DNA of 64,000 nucleotides from Chiloscyllium plagiosum (taxonomy: Eukaryota). The position numbers were made by a program, and so were the translations under genes. The notes under the pieces were generated by a model. That model was not told the DNA's origin. It saw nothing but the letters and a program-made list of their open reading frames with translations, and did no database searches. Shown here piece after piece: positions 11,195-24,789 of the stretch. The stretch covers positions 97,637,300-97,701,299 of the forward strand of contig NC_057718.1 of assembly GCF_004010195.1 (NCBI RefSeq). Direction: 5' to 3'. The stretch's first letter is position 1. The number at the start of each line of letters is the position of its first letter.

Positions 11195-11710
11195 TCCATA
11201 AGGACCATAAGAAACAGGAACAGGAGAAGGCTATTTGGCCCCTTGAGCCTGCTCCACCATTCTATAGGATCATGGCTGACTCGACATTCCTCACATCCAC
11301 TCTCCTGCCCTTTCCTTGATTCCCCAATTGATCAAGAATCTCTCTCTCTCTCTGCCTTAAATATACACAAGGATTCTGATCCCCACAGCTCTCTCTGTGG
11401 CAAGGAGTTCCAAAGACTCACAACTCTCTAAGAGAAGAAATTCTTCCTTATCTCAAATTGACGCATCTTTATTCTGAGTCTATACCCTCTGGTCCCAGAC
11501 CCTCCCATGAGGGAAACATCCTCTCAGCATTGACCCTGTCAAGCCCCTGAAGGATCCAATATGTTTCAATGAGATCCCCTCTCATTCTTCTAAACTCTAG
11601 TGAATAGAATCCCAACCTGTTTAGCTTTTGCTCATAAGACAATTAATCCATACCATTGTTCATCCAAACAAACCTTCACTGAACTGAATCCATTGAAATG
11701 ATATCTTTCC
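11195..11710 (-). mobile_element. CR1 3' fragment
   Basis: Similar to 3625-4100, with a CATAAG repeat tail. Confidence 0.8.
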
Positions 11711-11727
11711 TCTAGACACTGAATAAC

Positions 11728-12131
11728 ACAGTGGCTCAGTGGTTAGCATTGCCTAGCACCAGGGGCCCGGGTTTGATTCCACCCTCAGACGATTGTCTGT
11801 GTGGAGTTTGCACATTCTCCCCGTGTCTGCGTTGGTTTCCTCCGGGTTCTCCGTTTCCTCCCACTGTCCAAAGATGTGCAGGTTAGGGTGGATTGGCCAT
11901 GCTAAATTGCCCACAGTGTCAGGTGCAGTAATCAGGGGGAAATACAGTTTAGGCGGATTGACAATGCTATATTGCCCCGCAGTGTCCAGGGTTGTGCAGG
12001 CTAGGTGAATTAATCATGGGAAATGTGGAGTTAGAGGGATGGGGTGGGGTTTGGGTGGAATGCTCTTCGGAGGGTCGGTGTGGATTCAGTGGGCCGAATG
12101 GTTTGCTTCCACACTGTAGGGGTTCTTTGAT
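11728..12131 (+). mobile_element. HE1-type V-SINE (older, internally duplicated)
   Basis: A/B boxes, V-domain and LINE-like tail. Confidence 0.8.
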
Positions 12132-12388
12132 TGAGATATTGCCATGGAGAAACCAATGGGGAACTGCAGGCTCCCCAACATCCCAAATCATTAAGACAAA
12201 AATAAAAGCAGAGAGCTTGAACATAATGGGTTGCAAAGGTAGGTTTTATGGTATGATTCTATGTCACGTCTAACAAGTGTAAATGAACCTTCTCACTGAT
12301 TCGACTGTCTATCTTAACTGGGCTGTTACAGTAACTAGAAGCAAGCTGAAGATTGTATCTGTAATTTTTGTTGTCCATTGTATTTTAG

Positions 12389-12493
12389 GTTATCACTATA
12401 TCTGTCTAAGAAATGAACGGAACCAGCCACTGATGCTTCCTGCCCTTTTTGTATACATTGAAGTCAAAGACTATGTCCCTGATACCTTCGCAG
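12389..12493 (+). CDS. PLCB1: PLCB1 internal coding exon (105 nt, end of C2)
   Basis: ttttag|GT...GCAG|gtaaaa. Encodes (G)[34 protein letters not shown](D). Phase 1/1. Confidence 0.96.
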
Positions 12494-12738
12494 GTAAAAC
12501 AAAAATGAGTTGCTTCACTGTTTCGCTTCAAGTGGTGAGCAAAACTGAGACTCGTGGTAAACAATGGAAGAACACTTCTGCTGACCAAGCTGATCATATC
12601 TGTTTATTGATTGCAATCTATATACAAATGTTCAGCAGAGATATTGTAGCCTGGTTTTAAGGGTCTTCGTTCACCGTATAGGTTAATTCGAACTTGTCCG
12701 TCACTCTCACTTAAAATTTGATCTGCAGATTGATGTGA

Positions 12739-13071
<333 letters not shown>

Positions 13072-13504
13072 TGAATCACATCAATTCCCCGGCACCAAAT
13101 TGAGTTAAAATTGTTGCCTGTGTATCGGACAAGTTATTACACCCAGCACTCAGTGTTCCTCCTTTTGTGCAATCTTTGTTACTTGCCAGAAGATTCCCTT
13201 GCTCCAGGTTGTCTGGAAGTCATGAATTTAGTCCTGTTCATTTAGGGTTCTGTTCTATTCCACAGCCGATATGGCAATATAACTTTCAGAGGCATGCTCA
13301 TGACATTGTCACCAAAACAATGCCTGTACCCTGACAATATGAAGTTTTGCCAATTGACTAAAGCACCTGCAGCTATATTTTATGTATATAATAGGAGCTG
13401 TGATAAACATGCAATGAATCTTTCCGCACTACCTTGGCGACATCTAGTTCTCATGCTATGGGAGTAAACGTAGGTCTTAAACATGCAGGTGCAGCAAGCT
13501 GGGT

Positions 13505-13650
13505 GATAGTGTGGTGCTGGAAAAGCACAGAGGGTCAGGCAGCATCCAAGGAGCAGGAGGATCGACGTTTTGGTCATAAGCCCTTCATCAGGAATGGGGG
13601 GAGGTAACTGGGAAAGTGATAGGTGGATGAAGGCGAGGGAGAAGGTGAAA
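13505..13650 (-). mobile_element. Penelope pLTR fragment (family A)
   Basis: Reverse complement reads ATTCCTGATGAAGGGCTTATGACCAAAACGTCGAT (GAAA mutated). Confidence 0.75.
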
Positions 13651-13652
13651 AG

Positions 13653-14290
13653 TGTGTAAAGAAGGCAAATGATATGTTGGCCTTCATTGTGAGAGGTTTC
13701 ATGGACAGGAGCAGGGATGTGTTGTCGCAGTTAGACAGGGTCTTGGTGAGGCCACCCCGAGAATATGGTGTGTAGTTTTGGTCTCCTTTTCTGAGGAAGA
13801 ATACTCTTGCTCTCGAGGGAGTGAAGGTTTACCAGGCTGGTTCCAGGGACTGACGTATGAGGAGAGATTGACTAGGTTAGGATTGTTTTCTCTGGAGTTC
13901 AGATGAATTGAGAAGGGGGTGGTGGGGGGAGGCGTGGATCTCATACAGATAGGGTAGATGCAGGAAGGTGTTCCCATGGCAGGTACGTACAGAACCGGAG
14001 TCACAGTCTGAGGGTTCGGGGTGGACCATTTCGGACTGAGATGAGGAGACATTTCTTCACCCAAAGAGTGGTGAGCCTGTGGAATTCATTACCACAGGAA
14101 GTAGTTGATAACCAAAACATTGAATGTATTCAAAAGGCAGCTACAATGGGAGCAAATGGGATCAAAGGTTATGGGGAGAAAGCAGGATTAGGCTGTTGAG
14201 TTGGATGATCGGCCATGAATATAATGAATGCCAGAGCAGGCTTGAAGGGCTGAATGGCCTCTTCCTGCTCCTATCTTCTCTGTTTCTATC
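13653..14290 (+). mobile_element. CR1 3' fragment
   Basis: Degenerate KKAN.MLAFI...; ATTTCTTCACCCAAAGAGTGGTGAGCCTGTGGAATTCA and the 3' UTR. Confidence 0.8.
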
Positions 14291-15930
14291 TTCTAAACAA
14301 ACAGAATTTGTTGGCAAAATTCAGCAGGTCTGGCAGCATCTCTAGAGAGAAAGCAGACTTAACATTTCAAGTCCTAGTAACCCTACTTCAGAACTGATAC
14401 TAGCTAGAAAAACGTCACATATATGCTGAAGACAAGGAAGTGGGCTGTGAGGGGTGCAATGATTGTGATGAGTTCAGCAGGTTGACCTCATAGAATATGA
14501 GTTCCCTGATGAGGGCTTTTAATCTGGCCCAATCAGGGAGCCCCAGCTGACAGATTAAAAACAGGAATTTCAGACATTCTGACACTCTGAGAGCAGACTC
14601 TGAGGGAGCTGAATTCGTGTCAAGGACTCACCGTGTGTAAATAAAGGGTGACGGGATACCTTGTGGAGTTATTTCAGTGACGATGAGAGTAAAGCATGTT
14701 CCTGAAGAAACTCACTCACAACAATCATCTTTGAGTTGGGGTAAACATTTCCAGCATCATGCCATTGTTTGGGAATTTTGACTTGTTAAAACCTGGCGTC
14801 AAAGTTTGGGCCCAGATTGTGGAAGAATGCGTTATTATTTTCTGAGCAAATGACATTGGGGCTGTTGAGAAACAGTGAGTAATTCTCCTGACTGCTTGTG
14901 GACCCACAGCTTTTTTGGCTATTAGGAGCCAAACTTTCCCTGAGGCACCAGATACCAAAGCCTTTCAAGAGTTGACCGACTTAATGAAGAATATTACAAA
15001 CCAAAGCCTGCTCTAATTTTGAGATGCTATCGGTTTTACTCAGCAATTTGTGGACCGGGGACTCCACATCAAAATTTTTGACTCGGTTAAGATGTCTGGC
15101 AGAGGCATGTGGTTTTGATTTAACCCTGAGCAGAATGCTTAGAGACCATTTGGTATGTGGGATTAAAGATGTAACCCTGCCAAAGCTCCTAGCAGCTGAA
15201 ACCCAACTGGATTTCAAATAGATACTACAACTGGCTTTGTCACTGGAAAATCGACAAATGGAGTAAATGATTGCAGGCTGTTCCGATGGAAATGGACACC
15301 TTTGCCCATCCAGTTGAGCTTGGGGATCACCACTTGAGTGAAGGCAATGTCATAGCCACACTCAGGACATATCCTGAACAGAGGGACTCTCGGTTCGCCA
15401 GCAAAACCCCAAGACAAAGCCACGCCTCGGCCAAACAGTTAATATTTTCTTCTGGACTCGGGCCAGCAAGCCATTGTAGTTGCCAGTATACTGACTCAAG
15501 GCTGCAAAAGAGTCCCATTAGGCCCGAATTGTGTAAGAGAATTCATAGGCCAGTATCCAGGAGGGTCCGCACCCTGGAAAGTCCACCCACAACTGGTTCG
15601 GGACAGTTACATAGCTTAACAACATCAGTATCAGATCCAATCAAAATAAATGTCTGGTTAAATGGTCACCTGGTTCCAATGGAGGTCAATACCCACGTGG
15701 CCATTTCAGTGATCGCAGAACCACTCTTTCATAATATTCACCCTGGACTCCAACCCTTATATTTCTACAAGACCTCGGCTAGACTGAGAACCTATACCGA
15801 GGAACCTTTACAGATTAAGGTTCAACTTTGGTTCTGTTCTCTTACGAGAAGCAGCTGGTTCAGTTCCCACTGATTGTAGTAAAAGGCTCGGGTCCAAGCT
15901 TGATGGGGCAAAATTGGTTGAGAGAGATTC

Positions 15931-16285
15931 ATAGAATCTCTACAGTATGGAAACAGGCCCTTCGGCCCAACAAGTCCACACTGACCCTCCAGAGAGTAAC
16001 TTACCCAGACCCTTTCCCTTACCCTGTTATCTAGTACTTACCACTGACGAATGCACCTAACCTGCACATCCCTGAACACTATGGGCAATTTAACATGGCC
16101 TTTTCACCCTAACCTGCACATCTTTGGATTGTGGGACGAAACCAAAGCACCCAGAGGAAACCCACGCAGACACGGGGAGAATATGCAAACTCCACACAGA
16201 CTGGAGTCAAACCTGGGCTGGAGTCAAACCCGGGTCTCTGGCGCTGTGAAGCGGCAGTGCTGACCACTGAGCCACCGTGCTGCCC
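15931..16285 (-). mobile_element. HE1-type SINE nested in Gypsy pol
   Basis: Reverse-complement HE1 head, V-domain and tail; flanked by ATTCA on both sides. Confidence 0.85.
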
Positions 16286-17189
16286 CAATTCACTGAGATT
16301 GGCTCAACATTTTTCGATTAGAAAATGGCTGCCTGAGTGAACTCCTAATTAAATACCTGGACGCTTTACAGGAGAGTCCAGGAACTATCAAAGGAGCCAA
16401 GGCCACCTTGCATGTGGACAAGGGTGTTTCTGCAAGGCTTGCACATGCCATTCACTTTATGGGAAAAAGCAGAGGCAGAAATCAGGAGGCTGGGAAGCAA
16501 AGCAGTGATCAAACCAGTCGAGCTTGTGGAATGGGCAGCACTGGTCAGAGCAATTGTAAAGCCCGACAGATCGGTTCACCTTTGTGGGATTTCAAACAAA
16601 TGGTAAACCACTTCTTGCAGCTAGATAAATACACAGTCCCTCACATGGAGGATTAAAAATCAAACCTGGCAGGGGGGCTGTCCTTCACGAAACTGGAGAT
16701 GAGCCATGTGTACCTGCAATAGCAGTCAGATGAAGATTCCTAGATGTTACAATTAATACCCGTGAAGGTTTGTACCAGTATACAAGACGGCCATTTGGGG
16801 TATCATCAGCCTGTGTAACTTTTCAGCGGAGAACATTTTACAAGGTCTACCCCAGGCCGCCATTTTTTTAGATGACATGCTAATAACAGGGAAGACCAAT
16901 AAGGAGCACTTCGAAAACTTGGACAATGTCCTTAGATGTTTCTCCCAGGTGGACATGCGCCTTAGAGGGGAAAAACGTGTTCCAGGCTCCCCAAGTGACT
17001 TACTTAGGCTACAGAGTCAACCAGACTGTGTTACACCTGGAAGGTAAAGTGAGGGTGGTCAAAGGTGCCCAGGCTCCTACATCTGTACCAGAGCTTAGGC
17101 CTTTCCTTGAGTTGGTGAATGATTACAGAAAGTTCATACATACATTCTGGGACCTCTGCATCAACTCCTACAAAATGGTACATCTTTGG

Positions 17190-17496
17190 GCTGGTACGGT
17201 TCCTCAGTGGTCAGCACTGCTGCCTCACAGCACCAGGGACATAGTTTTGATCCCTGCCTCGGGTGGAAGAATTGTCTGTGTCGAGTTTGCACGTTCTCTC
17301 CATGGGTGGGTTTCTTCCCACAATCCAAAGATGTGCAGGTTAGGGTGAATTGACCATGCTAAATTGCCCATAAGTGATAGTCAGAGGTAAATATAGGGTA
17401 GGGGAATGGGTCTGGGTGGGTTACTCTTTGGAGGGTCAGTGTGGACATGTTGGGTTGAAGGGCCTGTTTCCATACTGTAGGGAATCTAATCTAATC
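17190..17496 (+). mobile_element. HE1-type SINE nested in Gypsy pol
   Basis: HE1 head and AATCT tail. Confidence 0.85.
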
Positions 17497-19497
17497 TTCG
17501 AAATGATCATGCAGCCAAGCTATAGTTTTCAGGGAAGTGAAGATACAACTATCATCCTCGCAGGTATTGGCACACTATAATCCTGAGCAAGATCTGGTAT
17601 TGACATGCAGCCTTGGGGTGGTATTAGCTCAGAGGAGGTCGAATGGAGAGGAACGCCCAACAGCATATGCACCTAGGATGCTGGCTAATGCACCCAGATA
17701 GAGAAAGAAGGTTTGGTGGTCATATTTGCAGACAGGAAGTTCCACCAATATCCTTATGGACTTAAATTTGTAACAGTAACAGGCCACAAACCCCGGCGAT
17801 GTCTACTTTCAGATGACAAGGCAATGCTGCCCATAGCTTCAGGCCAATTCAGCGGTGGGCTGTAATACTGAGTGTGTCCGGGAGGTTCAGTAGAAAATGT
17901 AGATGCATTGAGCCGCCTCCCACTGGTGATACCACCATTGGAAGAGTTCGTAATGGTTTTAAATTTTCTGGACACGCTTCCAGTCACAGCTGACTACATC
18001 AGACTTTGAACACAGAAAGACCTGCTCCTGGTAAAACTGGAACAGTAGGTGGTGATGGGCAAATCCAAAGGGCGGTCACAACCAGAATTGGATCCTTTTT
18101 GGACCCGGAGAGACCAGATCACCATCGATGATGGCGTATTATTACAGGGAGCAAGAGGGATGGTCCCGAGCAAAGGGTCACCTCCACAGGGATATCCAGG
18201 GGTTTTCATAATGAAGATGTTGGCAACAAATTATGTCTGGTGGTCAGGATCAGATGCCAACACAGCTTCCTTGGTGGGGCAGTGCCCAGAGTGCCGACAA
18301 GGACAAGAATTACTGCCAGCATCTCCCCCATGTTCGTGGGAAAGGCTGGGTAAACCCTGGACTCAGAAACACATCGCCTATGCCAGTCCTTTCATGGGCT
18401 CAGTGTTCTTAGTCATTGGCCGCCCAGTCAAAGCAGCTGGACATGCAGAGAGTTCATTCATCAAACACGGGATGATGATCAAAAGACCATCTGTGTCTTT
18501 TGCAATACATGGACTCCCATTAAGGATGATCACAGATAACGGGCCATTGTTTACATGCAGGGAATTTGAGTCTTTCTGAAAGTGACTTGGGATATAACGT
18601 TTAAGGACAGCTCCACTCCATTCATCATCCAATGGCCTGGTAGAAAGAGCAGTCCAAACTTTGAAGGCAGGTTTAAAGAAACAGCCTGCAGTTTCACTAG
18701 ATACCAAACTGTCCCAATTCCTATTCGATTATCCGGCCACCCCCTCATGGAGCCACAGAGATTGCTCCAGCAGAGTTGCTAATAGGGAGAAGACTCTGAA
18801 CCTGGTTAATTCGGATCTTCCCAGAACTCGGGGGGACGGTGGGGGGGGGCTGAAATGGCATCAGGAATGCCAGTGCCGGCCACCAAATTTCGCCAAGTAA
18901 AAGAGACGGCTTACTTCAGGGAATGAAGTTTGTTGTAGGAATCATGAGAATGGCCTTGCATGGGTTAGAGGCATGGTCAACACAAGGTCAGGTCTAGTGC
19001 CATATTAAGGAGCGACGGTCCTCAACAAGGTCATGGACCATATGGAAGCGGCAAATCCGCAGACAGTGTGGGAGAAAAATGTGCCCGGCCCCTTCGGAAC
19101 AGTCACAAAGACTGTCAGAACCATGGGTTCCCTCTCTCTCAAGTGTTGAAGAGACCTCTGAATCTGAGGTGGACATAGCAGATCTCGCAGCATTGACACC
19201 TTTGGCATCGGAAGAAGAGAGTTTCTCCCGAGGTGTTCCTGGCGCAAGGGGTGAGCTCCCTTGCATTCGTTGCGCCTGTATCCACCGCAGATTCTGGAAC
19301 CTGACCCTGTGCTAAAACACCCCAGGAGGAGCTACAAGGAAAAGGACCAGCCTATGTCCTCGGACTCCAAGGGCGACAGATGTAGTGATTGTAACGAGAT
19401 CAGCCAGGTGGACCTCATAGAATATGGATTCCCTGATTGGGGCTGTTGACCTGGTCCAATCAGGGAGCCCCGGCTGACAGATAAAAACTGGAATGTC

Positions 19498-20200
19498 TCC
19501 AACTCTATTTGGATTTAGTCCCTACCCTCCCCCCCACTGTTTTGATCACACAGCACTGCCCTTTTGATGTGAAGGGCGCCGCAGGGAGTGGAGTGCATCA
19601 TTTCTCCCTCCAACTCTATTTGGATTTAGTCCCTACCCTCCCCCCCCACTGTTTTGATGACACAGCACTGCCCTTTTGATGTGAAGGGCAGTGTTTGTCA
19701 CTGGCCACCCAGGTGTTTTTCTGTCTTCCTGGTGGTGGAATTTGAATAAAGATTCGTGCACTTTGTGTCTTTCGCTGTGTCTCACACCTGCACACACACA
19801 CACCATGGGTGCTGGGGATAAAATAAGCACTACTGCACTTAGGTGGTAGTGTGGGGGTTAATATATATTAAAAAAAAGAGAAAAAAAAGAAAATAAACAG
19901 GAATTAAAAAAAACAGGTGTGCTTGCCCTTTGAGGTGAAGGGCAGTGTTTGTCACTGGCCACCTGGGTGTTTTCCTATCTTCCTGGTGGTGGAAATTGAA
20001 AAAAAAACTGGAATGTCACACCTGCACACATACAACATGGGTGCTGGGGGAAAAAATAAGCACTACCACAGTTAGGCGGTAGTGTGGGGGTTAAAAAAAA
20101 ACTGGAATGTCACACCTGCACACACACAACATGGGTGCTGGGGGAAAAAATAAGCACTACCACAGTTAGGTGGTAGTGTGGGGGTAAAACAACAAAAAAA
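19498..20200 (+). mobile_element. stack of Tx1-like non-LTR retrotransposon 3' ends inside the 3' LTR
   Basis: ORF2 end APQGVECIISPSNSIWI* (19576-19630), 3' UTR with AATAAA and poly(A). Five partial copies, most separated by repeats of the LTR target motif. Confidence 0.7.
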
Positions 20201-20342
20201 GAACAGGAGTGTCAAACATCCTGCTTACTGTGAGAGCTGGCACTGAGGGAGCTGGATCCACATCAACAACTCTCTACTTGTAAATAAAGGATGATTTGGT
20301 GACGGGATACCAGCCTCTCTGGAGTTATATCAGAATAGTAGG

Positions 20343-20921
20343 AAAAAAACCAGGAATGTCAGAGGTTCTGTTCAATCTGAGAGCTGGCTCCAAGGGAGCT
20401 GGATCAGTGTCAAGTGCTCTCCACATGAGCTGGTGACGGGATACTGGCCTCTGTGGAGTTATTTCAGGGTGTGCTCATTTTTTTAGGCAAACAGGAGCGT
20501 TCCTGCACCTGAATGTCAGACAATTCAAGTACTGAGTCTCATGAAGTAGAAAAGTTGCGGAAAGTCCAAGACCAGTGACCCGAACAGTGGGGTGCTGCTG
20601 TGAGGTCAGCAGCTATCCTCAGGTAAATAAGGAGAAGGTAAAACCACATGATGCGGGTCCTATACAATACTATCTGTGCATATGATAATGAGACCAGTGA
20701 CTGGGAAGGATTAATAGAAAGAAGGGGGTGTATTTTCTCAATGTGGGTGAAGGAGGACCATTTCTTCTCCGATTGTAATCGTAAAAAAGATGATCCCACA
20801 AACAGGAATGTCAGAGGTTCTGTTCAATCTGAGAGCTGGCTCCAAGGGAGCTGGACCAGTGTCAAGGCCACTCCATGTAAGTAAAGGGTGAAGGGACACC
20901 GGCCTCTGTGGAGTTATTTCA
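20343..20921 (+). mobile_element. two extra 3'-half LTR copies (20343-20466, 20798-20921) around a ~330-bp insert
   Basis: Both begin at CAGGAATGTCAGAGG and end GAGTTATTTCA. Confidence 0.8.
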
Positions 20922-21409
20922 AAGAGGGAGGGGTAGTGAGCCAGCAGGTGGAGATGGAAGCTCAGAGACAGATAATGACAGTTAGACAAAGAGATGGATG
21001 ATGGTGTGCCAGGGCGAAACAAGGTTTTCTAGAAGTTTTTTTTAAAATGGCTTTTCTGCTTTCTGTTGCTTTTGTTCTTTATCTCACTTTGCTAAATGCT
21101 GACACGTATTTTAGCTGACCTGGTATCCGTAAGGAACAGGCTTGGAGTCATTGGGAGCAGATCTGGGCACCACACCTCTATCAGGATTCATAAGCCTGGA
21201 AGGAAACACAGATTTCCCAAAGGGATACCTGGACACCAAGCAGTAAGCCAAGAGAATAAATGAAACAAATTAGTGTTATGTTCTCTGGAATATACCAAAG
21301 TAAAGGGCATTTATTTAAAGTTTTCAAGACATTAAGATCAACTGGAATTTAAAGTGGGAATTTTATTGGGAATTAATACAATGGGGTTACAACAGAAGGT
21401 ACGAGAGGA

Positions 21410-21510
21410 CTATTCCGAAGAAGGGTCTCTCGACCCGAAATGTTAACTGATTTCTCTCCTCAGATGCTGCCAGACCTGCTGAGCTTTTCCAGCAATTGCT
21501 GATTTTGTCA
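21410..21510 (+). mobile_element. Penelope-type pLTR fragment (third variant) with hammerhead-like core
   Basis: CCGAAGAAGGGTCTCTCGACCCGAAATGTT...CAGATGCTGCCAGACCTGCTGAG. Relatives at 24490-24570 (+) and 14300-14395, 50920-51000, 51975-52100, 62250-62370 (-). Confidence 0.6.
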
Positions 21511-23873
21511 CAACAGGAGTCAGATGGTACCTTTCAAGCTAACACTCTAAGGCACATTTTAGCATGCATGAACCTTGAACAGCCTAAGGGTCCATGTCAG
21601 CAGAAAAGATTGGAGAGGAACCTTGTACACTCTCAGGCTTGTATCAACCTTGGAGGGCAGACTAGAAAGTTAAAAAAAAAATTCCTGCAGCCAGGATAAG
21701 TGGAAGACCTGAGATGGATGATTCCTGTTTACTGTACAAAAATGAAATGCAAACAACATATGTGTATATCATTGCAGAGGGATAAAAATAGATTATTTTC
21801 TGTATGTGTTGGGCCGATCCAAGGCAGACTCTATCTCCCTCTGAGGTTACTTGAATAAAGACAAGATTAACCTGCTTACCTCAGTACTTTTGCAATAAAG
21901 AAACTGCAACAAACTGAAAAGATAGGTCAAGAGAAACCATTTCCACTAAGTGGGGACTTCTTGGACAAGGGGTCACAGTCAAAGAAGTAAGAACTGGACG
22001 TGTCAGGCGTGAAATTAAGATACAAATCTCCAAGGAAAAGATGGTCGAGTTTAACAGTTCTCCTTTGCAAACCCTCTTGTGGTGTAGTGTACCAGCAGAC
22101 ACTCAGACAAAGCCCCACCATCAGCGGCTGTCTTTGTGTGGGATCATATTTCTATCAGGCAGCTGTCATTCGTTGCATCGCCCTGGGAAAGCTGCTTTAA
22201 TTAATTGTCTTTCGAAATTGTTCTTTCTTTTAATTTTATTGGTGGGAGAATTATAAATTGAATAAATCGGTTTCTGGCAAGCTTGCTGAAGAGCTGAGGT
22301 GACAAATCATTTTCACGAGCCTGTTGGCGGTCGCAGAGTCGATTTGAAAGCTCAATTCATCATTCGCAAACATTTTAATTCTCCATGCAGAATGTAAGCG
22401 CTGCTCTATAAATCTGGACTGTTGTACTGCAAGGTGACATGCAGCGTTGGCCAACTCACTCCATGATGTAGCTCGTGCACTTAAGTGAAATTAGTATTGT
22501 CTTCTTTCAAAATGTTCCCATTTCTTCATTCCTACTTTCTATTGTAATTTTGTTAAATGCTGAAATTATTTCAATTGCAGTGTGCTTCTATGACAAACTC
22601 AACTATAATCTGTCTAGTGGAGTTCTAAAGCATGTCTTGAAATGTGCTTTTCACTGGTAATTGGTCAGCAAAAGCATTTCATGGGGGTTATTTTCCAGAG
22701 GAATACTGTAGAAACGCAGCGAGAATATCTGCCCGAAACTGGAATACACGGTTATTATCTCCATGTTACATAAAGCTGCACTGGAGAAGGTGCGAAATGA
22801 AAATGGTTTTGTTTTATTCATTCATGGGATGTGGGCGTTACTGGCCGGGCCAGCAATTATCAGCATGACAGCAAGACTGAGAGGTTAAAGCTATCGAGGG
22901 AGGCCAAACAGATCATGGCTGCTTCCTCCAGAAAGGGAAAAGCTGAGCGTGACTTAGTGAGTGCTTTAAAATTGCAACAACCTTGTTTCTAATCTGCTCT
23001 ATTTTTCAATTCATGGGATGGTCCAAAATTAGGGATCACAACTGTAAGATAGTCAATATTAAATTCAAAAAGGGATTCGAGAGGGATTTGTTACTGAAAG
23101 CCTGCTAGGAGTATAGAACTCGCTAGCACATGGATTAGTTGAGGTGATTGGATAGAGATGCATTGAAAGGAAAGCCGAAAGGGGAAAGAATTGAAGGATA
23201 TGCTGATAAAGAGAAACCAAGCTGGATGGGAGATTGCTTGCCTGGAATTTAAAACCATAAAATTTTAGGAGCAGCATTAGACCATTCGGCCCAGCAAGTC
23301 TGCTCTGCCATTTGGTCATGGTTGATAGGTTTCTCTAACCCATTCTTCTGACTTCTCCCCTTAACCCTTGGCCCCATTGCCACTCAGGAACCTATCTATC
23401 TCTGTCTGAAATACGCTCAATGGCTTGGCCTCCAAAGCAGTGAGATTCACAGATTCATCAACCTCTGGCTGAAGAAATTCCTCATCATCTCAGTTCTGGA
23501 GGGTCATCTCTTGACCTTGAGGCTGTACCTTTGGGATAAAGCAATACGGGACACCAGTAGGGATGAGTGGCCTGATTCTATGCTGCGAATTGGAAGTAAT
23601 TAATAATTCTGGAGTGCAGTTTGTTGGAAGTCTGAATCAGCTACCTCAGTGTCTGGTCTTACTGCTTCAGAGTTGAGGAAACATAAAATGAAGCAAAATA
23701 GCAACAACTGAGCCAAGTTCTAAATTCAAAATCAACCACACTTATACAACCTGTCACTGTAATTTGCCCTCCTGGAATTCTGCTGAATTTGGGTATATCC
23801 CCTGCAAATTGAGCATATCTATTGTGAGATTCAGCACTCAAAGCTGAACTCAGTATGCTAGATGGCATCCATC

Positions 23874-23965
23874 TGAACCTCCTCAGTTTTGAACTCCCAA
23901 CCCTTCACCTTTGAACTCTCAACCCCTCACCTTTGAACTCCTAACTCCTCACCTTTGAACTCCCA
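23874..23965. repeat. minisatellite, ~22-bp unit TTTGAACTCYYAACYCYTCACC x ~4
   Basis: Directly visible tandem units. Confidence 0.8.
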
Positions 23966-24789
23966 TCTCCTTGCGATAAAAGCTAATATCATAACCCGTT
24001 TAATTTTTGTTCCTGTGCTTTGTCAGGTCTCATACTTGTCCACATTGACCTTCATCTGCAAAAGGTCACGGGCCATTACTCTGTCTCTGCTCCTCTGTAA
24101 CTGCCTACTCCAATCGCATAACTCATTGCCCCTCCTCACTTAGCATCACCATTTATCCTCTAACCTTCCTTTCAAGATTTAATTGATGTGGCAAAAACAG
24201 TCACGGATCCTGGTAGACATCACTTTTCAAATTCACCTAGCCAGGCCCATTCCCCTACTCTATTACTCCACATATGCCCTGACTAATGCACCAAACCTAC
24301 ACATCCCTGAACATTATGGGCAATTTAGCTTTGGCCAATTCACCGTCTTCTGAGAGTCGGTGTGGACTTGTTGGGCCAAATGGCCTGTTTCCACACTATA
24401 GCGATTCTATGATGACTTCAATATTGTCCGTTTTAACTCCTCCTCCCCCCTGTCGCGAGCATAAAAATAATCATCTTCCAGCTCCTCTCAGTACTGAAGA
24501 AGAGCCATACTTGACTTGAAACGTTGACTCAGTTTCGCTCTCCACAGATGCTGCCAGACCTGCTGAGATTCTGACTCTGTCAGCTCTTGCCGCCATTGTT
24601 GACAGACAATATTCAAGACACATTTCAAGGCTCTGAAGAAAGATGAGGTTGCCACAGTCTTACTAGATGATAGAGTTGTTCTCTCATTCGACAGAGAGAG
24701 AGAGACAACTGGTAAAACAAACAAGGGCAAGATTTATACAAGGAACAGTAGAGCCTTATGTAGTGTGTTAGAATGGATACACCTAGGGG

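Larger units (their letters stand above)
14455..20332 (+). mobile_element. decayed full-length Gypsy/Ty3 LTR retrotransposon
   Basis: 5' LTR 14455-14676 (TG...CA), then PBS-like GTGACGATGAG. Gag begins MPLFG at ~14759 and includes LRDHLVCG. Protease-like MEVNTHVAISVI; RT WAALVRAIVKPDRSVHLCG and FLDDMLITG (~16865); integrase Zn-finger YVWW...CPEC, ITDNGPLF, SSNGLVERAVQTLK. Domain order PR-RT-IN. 3' LTR 19381-20332 (interrupted). Many stops and frameshifts. Confidence 0.93.

Noticed and set aside
14759..19000. Domesticated or active Gypsy gag-pol
   Set aside because: Numerous stops and frameshifts, a mutated protease catalytic motif and two SINE insertions.
19498..20213. CRISPR-like or minisatellite array
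   Set aside because: Eukaryotic context. The spacers are homologous poly(A)-tailed retroelement ends, not unique spacers.
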